Positions 12,461 through 24,818 of a stretch of DNA of 64,000 nt are shown here, in pieces. The stretch spans positions 57,414,001-57,478,000 of the forward strand of contig CM059438.1 of assembly GCA_030390025.1 (NCBI GenBank), in the 5' to 3' direction. The DNA is from Squalus acanthias. Its lineage: Eukaryota. Position numbers and translations under genes: made by a program. The notes beneath the pieces are model-generated. The model saw only the letters and a program-made list of their open reading frames with translations, made no database searches and was not told where the DNA came from. The first letter of the stretch is position 1; each line of letters starts with the position of its first letter.

Positions 12461-13169
12461 CGTGTTGATGTAGTAGATGGCAGGTAAAGTGGAGATCAGA
12501 GGGCCAATCCCTCAATGTTGTGATACTGAGTAGCAATGTGGTGAGAGTGGCTTCCGAGGTTTCAGAAATGACCTGCAAACTGCTGACACCCAAATCTGTG
12601 GACAAAATGGAGTGAGCCAAAGCCTTTCCATGAGGTAAGTGATAAAGTGTAATGTCGCAGTATTTATGTGCTTTTTCCAGCTCTCAATGAATGAACTCGC
12701 CAATGGTTACTGAGCTTCCGCCTCCCCTTCACAGGCGAGGTACCAGGCTGTGTAAATCCCGTGCTCCTGCAGTAAAAATAACTGGCATTAAAAACCCTCT
12801 TCAGGGTTTCTCAACAAGCATTTAATGACTTCAATGCGGTCATCTGCCTCTGCCAATCGGGTCCGTGCCGCACTTACAAAACCGCCCGAGTTAAATGCGC
12901 GAGGCGGCAGGATGACGGTGGGTTCCCAATGCGCTCACTATTTCTGGGATTTTTATTGCCGACCCGCCCCCCCAACCCGCATGCTCAGCAATGGGAAAAT
13001 TCCGGCCAATGGGTCAGTAGGAGATTAGGGGTCATGGGCACAGAGAGACAGCAGCATTGCAAATCACGCTGACAACATTCATAACAATTTTTTTAAATAA
13101 AAAAGAGCAATTATTACCCAATTATCTATTTTGCTGAGGTTTGAAGTGTCATTTGGGAGGGTGTAGGAT

Positions 13170-13790
13170 CTATCCTTGCCCTCCTCCTCTTCTTCATTTT
13201 CTGCTGCTCCTTGGTGACATTATCTGCAGACATGAAGTTAGCTTCCACACGTACGCTGATGATACCCAACTCTACACCTCCACCACCACTCTTGGCTCTT
13301 GCACTGTTTTGATGTCATCAAATTGCTTGCCTGATACCCAGTCGTGGTTGAACATCAATTTCCTCCAGTTAAACATTGAGACGACTGAAGACATCGAGGT
13401 AATTTTCAACTTTGCAGCCGGCCATTATGGAACTCATCCGATTGACAAATTGGACAAGTTCTGAAATGGGCAGGTGATCTGCTCCATTCATCACATTACC
13501 ACCCAGGTTGTAAAGTTGAAAGTTGCCCCCATCATCTTCGGCTCTGGCCATTAGCTCTGTACCCTTGCCACCAATTCTATCCCCCACCTGGCATTTGACT
13601 CAGACTGAACCAGACTGTTTGCAATCTCGGCATCCTATTTGCCTCTCTCCCTACCTTAGCCCATCTGTCACTGAAATCCTTAACCACACCGTTGTCACCA
13701 CAAGACTTGAGTATTCCAATTATCTCCTGACCAGCCTCTCATCCTCCATGCTCCGTAAACTTCAGCTCATCCTATCCCACACCAGGTCCA
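13170..13790 (+). mobile_element. Old L2 LINE fragment
   Basis: FHTYADDTQLY, FLQLNIETTE and TRLEYSNYLL motifs of L2 RT and C-terminus. Confidence 0.8.
13396..13530. mobile_element. Short Harbinger-type MITE
   Basis: Imperfect TIRs GAGGTAATTTTCAACTTT / AAAGTTGAAAGTTGCCCCC; ATC TSD. Confidence 0.8.
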
Positions 13791-14088
13791 ATTTTCTTTT
13801 CAGAAATGGAGAAACAGAGCGAGGGACCTTCCACTCCCTCCCAAGATGTGCACATTAAATACTAAGGACGCAGTCATTTGTACACTAAAGTTTTTCACAT
13901 AATATTGAAAAAGTGCAAAACACACAAGATAATGATTAAATTTACCTATACAACTTCTTTTGTGTGATTGAAGTAGTAACATTTTCCATCACAAGCCTGT
14001 GCCTCTCTGAAAAGCCTGAGACTTCAATTTATGAGGCTTTCTGGAGCTAGCAGCTGTCAGCTGTGTGAAGAAGGTCACCTACATAATA

Positions 14089-14187
14089 GACTACAACTCC
14101 CAGAATGAAGATTAGTGTTTTCTCCCTTCTGAATTTAATAAATTGTGGAGCTGGGAGCATGTAACACACCAGGCAAGCCTGGCCAAT
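14089..14187 (+). promoter_or_regulatory. ZNF143/THAP11-type motif plus CCAAT box
   Basis: GACTACAACTCCCAGAATG 14089-14107 and GGCCAATC 14181-14188 in non-repetitive DNA. Confidence 0.5.
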
Positions 14188-14404
14188 CGTAGAGTGTGTC
14201 AGCACTTGCTTTTTGTAAGCCCTGTCCCCTTGTCCCATCCAGCAATGGAAAATCACTGACATCAGTAACTATGAATTTGTTTTATTGTATAAAAACATCA
14301 GAACAAAGTAATCCATGAATGTTTGAATTTTAACTGAGGTACCTTTGACAAGAAAAATGACAATGAAATAATAATATAAAAGGTGTTATTTATGGAAGAA
14401 GCGG

Positions 14405-14831
14405 AAGATAACCTTGCATTTATATAGTACCTTTGATGACCTCAGGACATCCCAAAGCGCTTTACAGCCAATGAAGAACTTTTGAAACGTAGTCACTGTT
14501 ATAATGTAGGGAAACACAGCAGCCAATTTGAGCACAGCAAGGTCATACAGACAACAATGAGATAAATGACCAGATAACCAGGTTTAGGTGTTGGTTGAGG
14601 GATAAATGTTGGACCAGGACACCAGGAGCATAGCACCATGGGATATTTTACATCCACTTGAGAGGGCAGATGGGGCCGCGCATTAACGTCTCATTCGAAG
14701 GATGGCACCTTCGACAGTACAGCACTCCCTCAGTACTGCACTGGAGTGTCAGCTTAGATTTTGTGCTCAAGTCTCTGGAGTGGGACTCTGACTCAGAGTG
14801 GAGAGTGCTACCACTGAGCATGGCTGACACC
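14405..14831 (-). mobile_element. DeuSINE-type (SacSINE1-like) tRNA SINE
   Basis: tRNA-like head, Deu-like core (GAGACGTTAA...CTCAAGTGGATGTAAAA) and L2-like tail; homologous to copies at 37.6k and 53.5k. Confidence 0.8.
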
Positions 14832-14873
14832 TGGAATGTATGTTATGTAACTTTTGTTTATTAAAGCAGACTT

Positions 14874-14997
14874 GGGTAGATTTTCAAATTGCCGCCTGGG
14901 CATAAAACAATGGAAATGGAAATTGGGTGATTTCTATAATGGACAGCCAATTTCCAACACAAATGTTGTGCCTGGGTGGCAAGTTGAAAATCTACTC
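14874..14997. mobile_element. Short Harbinger-type MITE
   Basis: TIRs GGGTAGATTTTCAAATTGCC / GGCAAGTTGAAAATCTACTC; CTT TSD. Confidence 0.85.
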
Positions 14998-15584
14998 CTT
15001 GTCTATTTACTGTTTCAAAGAGAGATTCCTCCCTGTTAGGTGGTCAGCTTTATTACAAAATAGTAGTCATAAAAGTGCTAGATTTAGAATTTTGCTATGT
15101 TTGGTGTTGGAGAGCTGTGAACTATTAACTTGTGGTCACCTCAGACAGAGCAGGCACTAATTATATCAACAAACTTTGTGCTAGCTGAACTGACATGGCT
15201 TGGAACTATCTGTGGATAGACTGAGCACCACCGAAGAATGTTATTCCTTTCTTTCAGAGCACCAGTGGAAGCAAACTGTTACATTGTTGTGACTATCAGA
15301 TGCCTGTTAGTTCTGTTAGAGGCAGGAAGAGGTAAATTGATGAAACCCAAACAGCCATCAAATGGAATGTTTTGTTTGATAAATGTCTTTCTGCTTAATG
15401 ATTTGATTGACAGATGTAACCAAATTCACAATGATGTACGTTTTTGGGCTTTATATGTGGGAACAGTTTGCAGTTTAGTTTAGAGAGCACTCCAGAAGAA
15501 GAAAGCTGACAGCTATAGCCAAGGTAAAACATCTCATGGGGACTCTCAGACTTGGTAATAATTAAGGCTGCTAGTTTATAGACA

Positions 15585-17406
15585 TAGATTGTAAAAGCTT
15601 CTACAAGTACGTAAAAAGGAAGAGAGAAGCAAAACTATGAGTTGGTCCCTTTGAGGCTGAGACAGGACATATTATTATGGGGAATAAGGAAATGGCAGAG
15701 ACTTTAAACAAATATTTTGTATCTGTCTTCACAGTAGAAGACACAAAAAGCATACCAAAAATAGTGGGGAACCAAGGGGCTAATAAGAGTGAGGAACTTA
15801 AAGTAATTAATATAAGTAGAGAAAAAGTACTTGAGAAACTAATGGGACTAAAAGCCGACAAATCCCCTGGACATGATGGCCTACATCCTAGGGTTCTAAA
15901 AGAGGTGGCTGCAGAGATAGTGGATGCATTGGTTGTGATCTTCCAAAATTCACTAGATTCTAGAACAGTCCCAGCAGATTGGAAGGTAGCAAATGTAACC
16001 CCGCTATTCAAGAAAGGAGGGAGAGGGAAAACAGGGAGCTACAGGTCAGTAAGCCTGACATCAGTCGACGGGAAAATGCTGGAATCCATTATTCAGGAAG
16101 TGGTAACAGGGCACTTAGAAAATCATAATATGATTAGACAGAGTCAACATGGTTTTATGAAAGGGAAATTGTGTTAAACAAATTTATTAGAGTTTTTTGA
16201 CGATGTAGCTAGCAGGCTGGATAAAGGGGAACCAGTGTATATTTGGATTTCCAAAGGGCATTCGATAAGGTGCCACATAAAAGGTTGCTACGCAAGATAA
16301 GAGCTCATGGGGTTGGAGGTAATATATTAGCATGGATAGAGGATTGGTTAACAGACAGAAAACAGAGAGTAGGGATAAACGGGTCATTTTCCAGTTGGCA
16401 GGCTGTAACTAGTGGGGTACCGCAAGGATCAGTGCTTGGGCATCAGCTATTTACAATCTATATTAATGACTTAGATGAAGGGACCGAGTGCAATGTATCC
16501 AAGTTTGCTGACGATACAAAGCTAGTAAGCTGTGAGGAGGACACAAAGAGACTGCAAAGGGATATAGACTAGTTAAAGTGAGTGGGCAAGAAGGTGGCAG
16601 ATGGAGTATAATGTGGGGAAATGTGAGGTTATTCACTTTGGTAGGAAGAATAGAAAAACAGAATATTTTTAAATGGTGAGAAACTATTAAATGTTGGTGT
16701 TCAGAGAGATATAGATGTCCTCGTACAGGAAACATAGAAAGTTAGCAAGCAATTAGGAAGGCAAATGGCATGTTGGCCTTTATTGCTAGGGGATTGGAGT
16801 ACAAGAGTAAGGAAGTCTTAATACGAAAGTACAGGGCTTTGGTGAGACGACACCCGGAGTATTGTGCACAGTTTTGGTTTCCTTATCTGAGAAAGGACAT
16901 AAATGCCTGGAGGCAAAGCAATGCATGTTCACTAGATTGATCCCTGGGATGAGAGGGTTGTCCTATGATGAGAGGTTGTGTAGAATGGGCCTATATTCTC
17001 TGGAGTTTAGAAGAATTAGAGGTGATCACATTGAAACATATAAGATTCTGAGGGGGATTGACAGGGTAGATGCTGAGAGGTTGTTTCCCCTGGCTGGAGA
17101 GTCTAGAGCTAGGGGGCATCTCAGGATAAGGGGTCGGCCATTTCAGACCGAGATGAGGAGGGATTTCTTCACACAGAGGGTTGTGAATCTTTGGAATTCT
17201 CTACCCGAAAGGGTTGTAGATGCTCAATCATTGAGTATATTCAAGGCTGAGATAGATAGATTTTTAGACTCTAGGGGAATCTAGGGAAATGGGGAACAGG
17301 CAGGAAAGTGGAGTTGAGGTCGAAGATCAGCCATGATTTTACTGAATGGCAGAGCAGGCTCGAAGGGTCTTATGGCTCACTCCTGCTCTAATTCTTATGT
17401 TCTTAT
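15585..17406 (+). mobile_element. 5'-truncated CR1 LINE
   Basis: RT motifs in fragmented ORFs 15677-17284; (TTCTTATG) tail. Confidence 0.93.
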
Positions 17407-18146
17407 AGTTTATTAGATTATGAATCTTACTATATAACTCTAATATTGTATGAATATTACAATAAGTATTCCTTTGTAGAATCTCTTATATGATGAATCG
17501 TTCGTACTCATTTAGTATATGAGTTGTATTATTGTGGAATGTAGATAAACAAAGCCTGATCCCCCCAGGGGAATTATGGTGTATGGAGTGTCTCACTGAA
17601 GGTCTCGAACTAAATTAGTAATTAGCTGAAAAGTCACACTCATCATCATCTCTCAGGAATATTATTCTACTTTGTTTTTCACCCCCAGCCCTGGGTTTAG
17701 GTGTCTGAGGCCTTTGGGCCCACTTCATTCTCTCTGAATCTGATCATCAATTCAGCACTTTGCCCCCATCCCCAACACCCCTCTATTGGGCAATAGAAGT
17801 ATGCAGCTACATAGTCCTAAGCCACTTTTCTCTCTCTAAGCTCCTCTTTCCTTCCTGAGCTACCCTTCTCCCCAATTGTGTTTTCTTAGGGAACACATTA
17901 TTTTTATCTACCTGCAATGGCTAAGGAAACATGATTTATTGATCTATCAATTAACATGTTTATTTATTTTTCAGGAACCAATTAAAAAACATACCTCGCT
18001 GTGTCTGGGAAAATCTCTCTTTCTAAGTCCTTTCAGCAGCCATGTTTAATTACAACAGTAACAACAATATAAAAGTACTTAATTAGCTGTGAAGTGCTTT
18101 GGGATGCCCTGAGGTCATGAAAGACATGCTATGAATATTAGTTGGG

Positions 18147-18588
18147 CAGCACTAACATACTCCATGTTGCTCAATACTAACACACTCCATGTTGCTCAGT
18201 AATAATACACTCCAAGCTGTTAAGTCCTAACGTGCTCACTGTTGTTCAGTAATAATACTCCACGCTGCTCAATAATAATTCACCACGCTGCTCAGTATCA
18301 ACATGCTCCATGTTTCTCAGTACCAATTCATTCCAGGCTGAGTACAAACACACACTACATTTTGCGAGTACTATTGTACTCCAGGTTGTTCAGTTCTAAT
18401 ATGCTCCATATTTCTCAGTACTGACGTGCTCTACGATCCCCAATACTAACACGCTCTATGTTTCTCAGTACTAATGCACACGGGGTTGCTTAGTACTAAC
18501 TTGCTCCACATTTCTCAGTAGTAACATGCTCCAGGTTCTTAACAGCAATGCCTTCCAAGTTGCACGGTACTAATGTGCTCCAGATTGC
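18147..18588. repeat. Diverged 25-bp tandem repeat, consensus about CAGTACTAACATGCTCCATGTTGCT
   Basis: About 17 visible units with 25-nt periodicity. Confidence 0.85.
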
Positions 18589-18690
18589 CAGTTCTGAGGA
18601 AGGGTTCAATATCCAAAACCTTGACTTGTGTTCTCTTGACAGGTGTCGCCTGATCAGCTGAGTGTTTCCAGAATTTTCTGTTTTTGCTCA
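18589..18690 (+). mobile_element. Penelope-like terminal repeat fragment with degenerate hammerhead motif
   Basis: AGTT-CTGAGGA-stem II-AAAA-CCTT-GACT followed by CTGAGTGTTTCCAG...TTTTCTGTTTT; homologous to reverse copies at 21.3k and 41.0k. Confidence 0.55.
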
Positions 18691-18694
18691 GTTT

Positions 18695-19290
18695 AAGTGT
18701 CAGTTGGCCCAGTGTTAGCATTCTTGCTTCAGAATCAGATGGTTGTGGTTCACTCCAGTGCAGTACTGAGGGAATGCTGCATTATCATAGATACCAGGGT
18801 AAATGTTCAACTCACAGCCCAAGTGTAAAAATGGTGTTGTGGATTGGCCGCCATTATAGAAACCTCCCGATATAAATTTCCATTGATTTGAATGGAAATG
18901 AAAATCAGGTGGTCTCAATAGGGGGTGGGCGTTCCGCAATGCAATTTTCATGGTCGAGCTGCGAGTTGGAAACCTTTCTCACCATCTTTATTATATGTTA
19001 AACTGAGGTCCTGTCTTTCTTTTCAGGTGGGTGTAAAAGATCTCATGGCACTATTTGAAGGAAAGCAGGGAGCTCTCCTGGTGGTTCGTGTTTCCCGCAA
19101 CCAACATGAACAAAACAGATTAAACGATCATTTATCTCACTGCTATTTGTAGGGCTCTGCTGAGTACAAGTTGGCTGCTGGTTTAGCTACAAAAACAACA
19201 CTTCAAAAAGTACTTCATTAGCTGTGAAGCGCTTTGGGATATCCTGAGAAGATGAAAGGTGCGATGTAAATGTCAGTTCTTCCTTTTCCT
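18695..19290 (+). mobile_element. Degenerate DeuSINE-type SINE containing a Harbinger-type MITE (18796-18980, ACC TSD)
   Basis: Similarity to SINE at 37570; hairpin MITE related to those at 13396 and 14874. Confidence 0.75.
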
Positions 19291-19789
19291 TTTACTTCCT
19301 TCAGGAGACGATTTCATTTCACTCCCAAGTCTGTGCTGAGTTAGCTTAATTCAGCCAGGCCAAATTTGAATCACTGGACTCGGGAGGGGAAAATTCCACG
19401 AGGCTTCCCATTCTTGTTGGAAATCCAGTTGTCACTGTAAGAATGTGCGTGTGTGTGGACGTTGGCTAAGAACAATATTCGGTTCAATTATGATTCCCAC
19501 CATGAACAACCTACTGGCACTCGCCATCCAGGCTAACACAGGAAAATTGACCATTTAGATGGGTTTCTGCGACAGAGGTCAGTGCATTCAGGAAACAGGG
19601 AGTTAACATTGGAAAATAAAACAAAATCTAGCAATTAGTACATAGTACAGTCATTGTGTGATTGTGAATGAATGAATGGAGCAATACTGATGAAATAAGT
19701 AAGTACTGTAGCAGGGGGGTTCTGAAATATGTAAGCAGCATGGTGTGCTCATGTGGGTATGAAGTGAATGCACAGCACATTCACCACCC

Positions 19790-21040
19790 AGCTTCATGCT
19801 CGCCGCTCCTGAAACTCATTTTTTATACCCTTTCAATTCTTTCTGTCCAGCTACCAGCACTGAAATTGTCCTAGTCAAAGTTAGCAATGATATCCTGTGT
19901 GGTTCATTATCCCTCCTTGTCCTCCTCAACCTCTCTGCAGCATCTGACACAGTTGACCACCCAATACCTCACTTCTGTGGTCCACACATGGGACCCACTC
20001 TTAAATGGTTCCACTCCTACCTGTTCTTACATTACTAGAACGTTTCCAACCATGGCTTGTCCTCTTGTTACACCCAGAGTACTCCCAGCTTTTATTCTTG
20101 GCCTTCTCCCTTTCCTTAATTGCATGCTGATTTTATCTGCAGATTAGTTTCCATATGTATGCTGATGGCGCCCAGGTTATTTACCTATCCCCATCCTTGA
20201 TTCCATGACCACGTCTGTGTTGTCAGATTGCCTTGCTGACATCAAGCTGTGGATAAGTCAAGTGTCTCCAATTTAACACTGGGAAAACTGAAGACATCTT
20301 ATTAAGCTCCTGCCAAAAACTCTGTACCAATGCCCCGATTCCATTCCCCTCCACAGCTAGTGCACAGTCTCAGTGCTGCACTTTGACCCTGAACTGAACT
20401 TCAAACCCCACTGTCCTACCGACCATTAAAACCATATACTTCCACCGCAGCAACTTCACTGCCGCTGAAACCCTTATCCATTCTTTCGTTACCTCAAAAT
20501 TTGACTTTTCCAATGCTCATGCTTGCTAGCCTTCCTGATCAATCCTACACAAACTCTAACGTCCAAAACTATGCTGCCCACATCTTATCTCACACTAAGT
20601 TTTGCTCATCACTCCTGTCCTCACTGATCTCCACTGACTTCTTGTGCTCTGGGGCATGGAAATAAAAATATTTGTCCTTGTTTACAAATCTCAATACGGT
20701 TTCATCCCTCCCACACCCCTGCAACCTCCTCTAGCCAGTCTGTACTCTGCAGTCCTCTGAATCTGGTCTCTTGTGCATACCCCGTCTCCTGCTCCTGTTT
20801 GGGTGGCAGAGCCTTCAGCCATTTTAGTTTTGCTCTCTGGAGCTGCCATCCAATATCACTTCCTCTAGCTACTTCTCTCCCTACCTTTAAAAGTCTTCTC
20901 TAAACCTACCTTTACTATCCTGTACTTGGTCACCTCTCTTACTCTTCTAATTGTGCTCGCTTGTTACACTCTCCTACATGAAGTGTCTTGAAACATTTTA
21001 TTATATTACAGCCGCTATATTATTGCTCGTTGTTGTTGAG
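19790..21040 (+). mobile_element. Old L2 LINE 3' part
   Basis: STEIVLVKVSNDIL...LLVLLNLSAASDTVDH and YADG motifs; L2-type tail ending (GTT)n. Confidence 0.8.
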
Positions 21041-21192
21041 GAACCCATTTACATTGAAACAATATTGGTATCATACTTGTATGAAAGCCTTAGCCATGTG
21101 GTATGTTATTTACCCTGCAGCAATCTGGTAGTGTACTAATACAAACCGATGGCCAGTGGCATGAAATAGCACTGCTTTTCTATTCTACTTAC

Positions 21193-21213
21193 TTAATTCT
21201 AGGTGATTCCAGC
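21193..21213 (-). CDS. Candidate 21-nt micro-exon (phase 2-2, LESPRI) of an unidentified host gene
   Basis: ctgat...gtttgtttttgtctttctag|GCTGGAATCACCTAGAATTAA|gtaagtag. Confidence 0.6.
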
Positions 21214-21246
21214 CTAGAAAGACAAAAACAAACATCAGAATGTTTT

Positions 21247-21345
21247 CAGAAAATGTTGGAAATACTCAGCAGGCATCTGTAGAGAGAGAAATAGAGTTAA
21301 CGCTTCAGGTCGATGACCTTTCGTCAAAAAAGGAAAAAGTTAGAG
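21247..21345 (-). mobile_element. Penelope-like terminal repeat fragment with degenerate hammerhead motif
   Basis: Minus strand TTGACGA-AAGGTC-ATC-GACCT-GAAG-CGTT-AACT; homologous to 40951-41060. Confidence 0.6.
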
Positions 21346-22170
21346 CTTGAGCACAGGTCTTGGAGACAGAGCTGGGAGATCGCAAATGGAGAGAATCGCA
21401 AGCAGAGTGGAGGAATTTTGTGAGCGCAGGAATTCGGTGGAGAGGAGGAAGGCGGCGGAGACGTCTGACTGAAAAGGAGGAAGGGAGCCACAGAACCCAA
21501 GGTCTCTAAGTTAATAGACACGAGAGCAGACCTGCGGGAGAGCGAGAGGAACGGCCGCAGATAAAGGTAGGCCCAAGAGCCCGGAGGGAGCGCGAGTGTC
21601 AGGGAGTGAGGTAAGTGATGTCAGTGCAAGGGAAGGAGCTGATTGGTGAGTAGTTGGTGATTTTTTTTTATGTCTTAAGTTTATTAAGTCTATTAAGTAG
21701 AAGCATGGCAGGGCACCTCGGTCCCGTGGAATTCACATCTTGTGCCATGTGGGGACTCCAGGATGCTTCCCGTGTCCTGGAAAGCCACATGTGCAGGAAG
21801 TGTCATCAACTGGAGGAGCACAAGCTCCAGATTTCAGAGCTTGAGCAGCAGCTGGCGTCACTGCAGTGCATCCGTGAGGCTGAGAGCTACGTGGATAGCA
21901 CATTTCAGGAGGTGGTCACCCTGCAGCATAAGAGTATGCAGGCAGAGAGGGAATGGGTGACCGTCAGACACACAAGGAGGACCAGGCAGGTAGTGCAGGA
22001 GTCCCCTGATGTGCATCTCGCTCTCCAACCAGTGAATACTGGCAAGGGTAATGGTTCCCCTGGGGAGTACAGCCAGAGCCAAGTCCATGGCACCACGGTT
22101 GGATCAGCTGTACGGGGGGGGGGGGGGAGGAGGAGCAAGATCGGGAAAGCAATAGCAATAGGAGATTCAA

Positions 22171-22345
22171 TCCTGGCAACAACTCCCAGGACAGGTATAA
22201 CATGGGTTAGGTAAAGAGTAAATCTCACTCTATATTGTCCATCAAACACTCCCAGGACATGTACAGCTTGGATTAAATGTAGTGTGACGCTCCCTCTAAA
22301 ATGTCCCCTCAAGCTCTCGCAGGACAGGTGCAGCATGGGTTTTTT
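22171..22345. repeat. About 2.5 copies of a roughly 65-bp satellite-like unit (CTCCCAGGACAGGTACAGC...GAGTAAA...CTCTA...TGTCC)
   Basis: CTCCCAGGACA-like motif recurs near 22183, 22249 and 22315. Confidence 0.7.
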
Positions 22346-22775
22346 ACATAAGAACATAAGAAATAGGAGCAACAGTAGGCCATTCAATAAGATCAAATCT
22401 GACCTTCTACCTCATCTCCACTTTCCTGCACTATCCCCATATCCCTTGATTCCCTCAATATTCAAAAATCTATCGATCTCTGTCTTGAATATACTCAACG
22501 ACTGAGCCTCCACAGCTCTCTGGGATAGAGAATTCCAAAGATTCACCACCCTCTGAGTGAAGAAATTTCTCCTCATCTCAGTCCTAAATGGCTGACCCTT
22601 TATTCTAAGACTGTGACCCTTGGCTCCAGACTCTCAAGCCAGGGGAAACATCCTCCCTGCATCTACCCTGTCAAGCCCTGTAGGAATTTTGTATGTTTCA
22701 ATGAGATCACTTCTCATTCTTCTAAACTCTAGAGAATATAGGCCTAGTCTACTCAATCTGTCCTCATAGGACATA

Positions 22776-24818
22776 GGCCAGGGATTCCCAGGTGTCGGTG
22801 GGGATGTTGCACTTTTTCAAGGAGGATTTGAGGGTGTCCTTGAACCGTTTCCTCTGCCCACCTGGGGCTCTCTTGCCGTGTCGGAGCTCCGAGTAGAGCA
22901 CTTGTTTTGGGAGTCTCGTATCGGGCATGCGGACGATGTGGCCCGTCCATCGGAGCTGATTGAGCGTGGTCAAAGCTTCGATGCTGGGGATGTAGGCCTG
23001 AGCGAGAACAGTGACGTTGGTGCACCTATCCTGCCAATGGATTTGCAGGATCTTGCGGAGGCAGCGTTGGTGGTACCTCTCCAGTGCTTTGAGGTGCCTG
23101 CTGTACATGGTCCATGTCTCTGAAGCATACAGGAGGGCGGGTATCACTACTGCTCTGTAGACCATAAGCTTGGTGCTGGGTTTGAGGTCCTGGTCTTCAA
23201 ACACTCTCTTCCTCAGGTGAGCGAAGGCTGCACTGGCACACTGAAGGTGGTGTTGGACTTCATCATCGACGTCTGCCCTTGTTGACAGTAGGCTCCCAAG
23301 GTATGGAAAGTGGTCCACGTTGTCCAAGGCCTCGTCATGGATTTTGATAATCGGAGAGCAGTACTGTGTGGCGGGGGCAGGTTGGTAGAGGACCTTTATC
23401 TTACGGATGTTTAATGTAAGGCCCATGCTCTCGTACGCTTCGGTGAAGGTGTTGACGATGATTTGGAGTTTGACCTCAGCGTGTGCGCAAACGCAAGCGT
23501 CATCTGCATACTGTAATTCGATGACAGAGGATGGGATGACCTTGGATCTGGACTGGAGCTGACGGAGGTTGAACAGTTTCCCGTTTGTTCTGTAGATTAG
23601 CTCCACTCCAGCGGGGAGCTTACTGAGGGTGAGATGGAGCATTGCAGCCAGGAAGATTGAGAAGAGCGTTGGTGTGATGACACAGCCTTGCTTGACCCAG
23701 GTCCGTACGTGAATTGGGTCTGTGGTGGATCTGTTGGTCAGGATCACGGCTTGCATGTCGTCGTGAAGCAGGCGGAGGATGGTGGAAAACTTTTGAGGGC
23801 AGCCCAATTTGAGGAGGACACTCCATAATCCCTCATGGTTGACGGTGTCGAAGGCCTTTGTGAGGTCAAAGAAGGCCATGTACAGCGGTTGGTGCTGTTC
23901 CCTGCATTTCTCTTGTAGTTAATGCGCGGTGAAGATCATGTCCATTGTGCCCCTTAGTGGGCGGAATCTGCATTGCAACTCTGGGAGGAGCTCTTCAGCC
24001 ACTGGGAGAAGGTGATTGAGGAGGATCCTTGCGATGACTTTCCCTGTGGCAGACAGCAGGGAGACGCCTCTGTAATTACCGCAATCGGACTTGTCACCTT
24101 TCTTGAAGATGGTCATGATTGCGGCGTCTCTGAGATCCCCTGGCATGCTCTCCTCCTTCCAAATAAGAGAAATAAGTTCATGTATTCGTGCCAATAGTGC
24201 TTCTCTGCCATGTTTTAGCACCTCGGTAGGGATTCCATCTGCTCCTGAGGCCTTGTTGTTCTTCAGTTGTCGGATGGCCTTTTCAACCTCATTCTGGGCT
24301 GGGGTTGTGCTGAGGTGGTGGGGGGTAGCATGCTGCGGGATGGAGTTGAGGACACTCACGTCGAAGACAGAGTCTTGGTTAAGGAGATCTTCGAAGTGCT
24401 CCTTCCAGTGGGCACTGACTGCCTCTCTGTCATTGATGAGTACCTCTCCGTTCTTGGCCCGCAGTGGGGTAGGACCTTGGGTGCTTGGGCCGTAGGTGGT
24501 CTTGACTGTGCTAAAGAATCCACGCACGTCATGGTTGTCGGCTAGCTGCTGGATCTCCTGTGCTTTCTCCACCCACCATCTGTTCCTTAGGTCGCGAGTT
24601 TTTTGTTGGACCACGGCCTTCAGGCGTCTGTAGAGCTGCTTTCTTGCTCTCGAGTTCTGTTGCTGTTTCCAGGTCAGGAATGCCTTATGCTTGCGGCTTA
24701 TTAGCTCCTGGATCTCCTGGTCATTTTCGTCGAACCAGTCTTGGTGTTTCCTGGTCAAGTGACCGAGCGTCTCTTCACAGGTGATGATTATGGAGGCCTT
24801 GAGTGCAGACCAGGCGCT
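22776..24818 (-). mobile_element. RTE-clade LINE fragment (ORF linker and RT)
   Basis: RKHQDWFDEND, FFDLTKAFDTV, VKQGCVITPTLF, LQYADD, QLRWTGHIVRM and GGQRKRFKDTLK are characteristic of RTE/BovB-like elements. Confidence 0.92.

Larger units (their letters stand above)
4471..13007. mobile_element. Full-length PIF/Harbinger transposon H1 (convergent Myb/SANT gene and transposase), interrupted by CR1
   Basis: TIRs GGCCGGAATTTT at 4471 and AAAATTCCGGCC ending 13007; flanks AAA/AAT; both Harbinger genes present. Confidence 0.9.
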
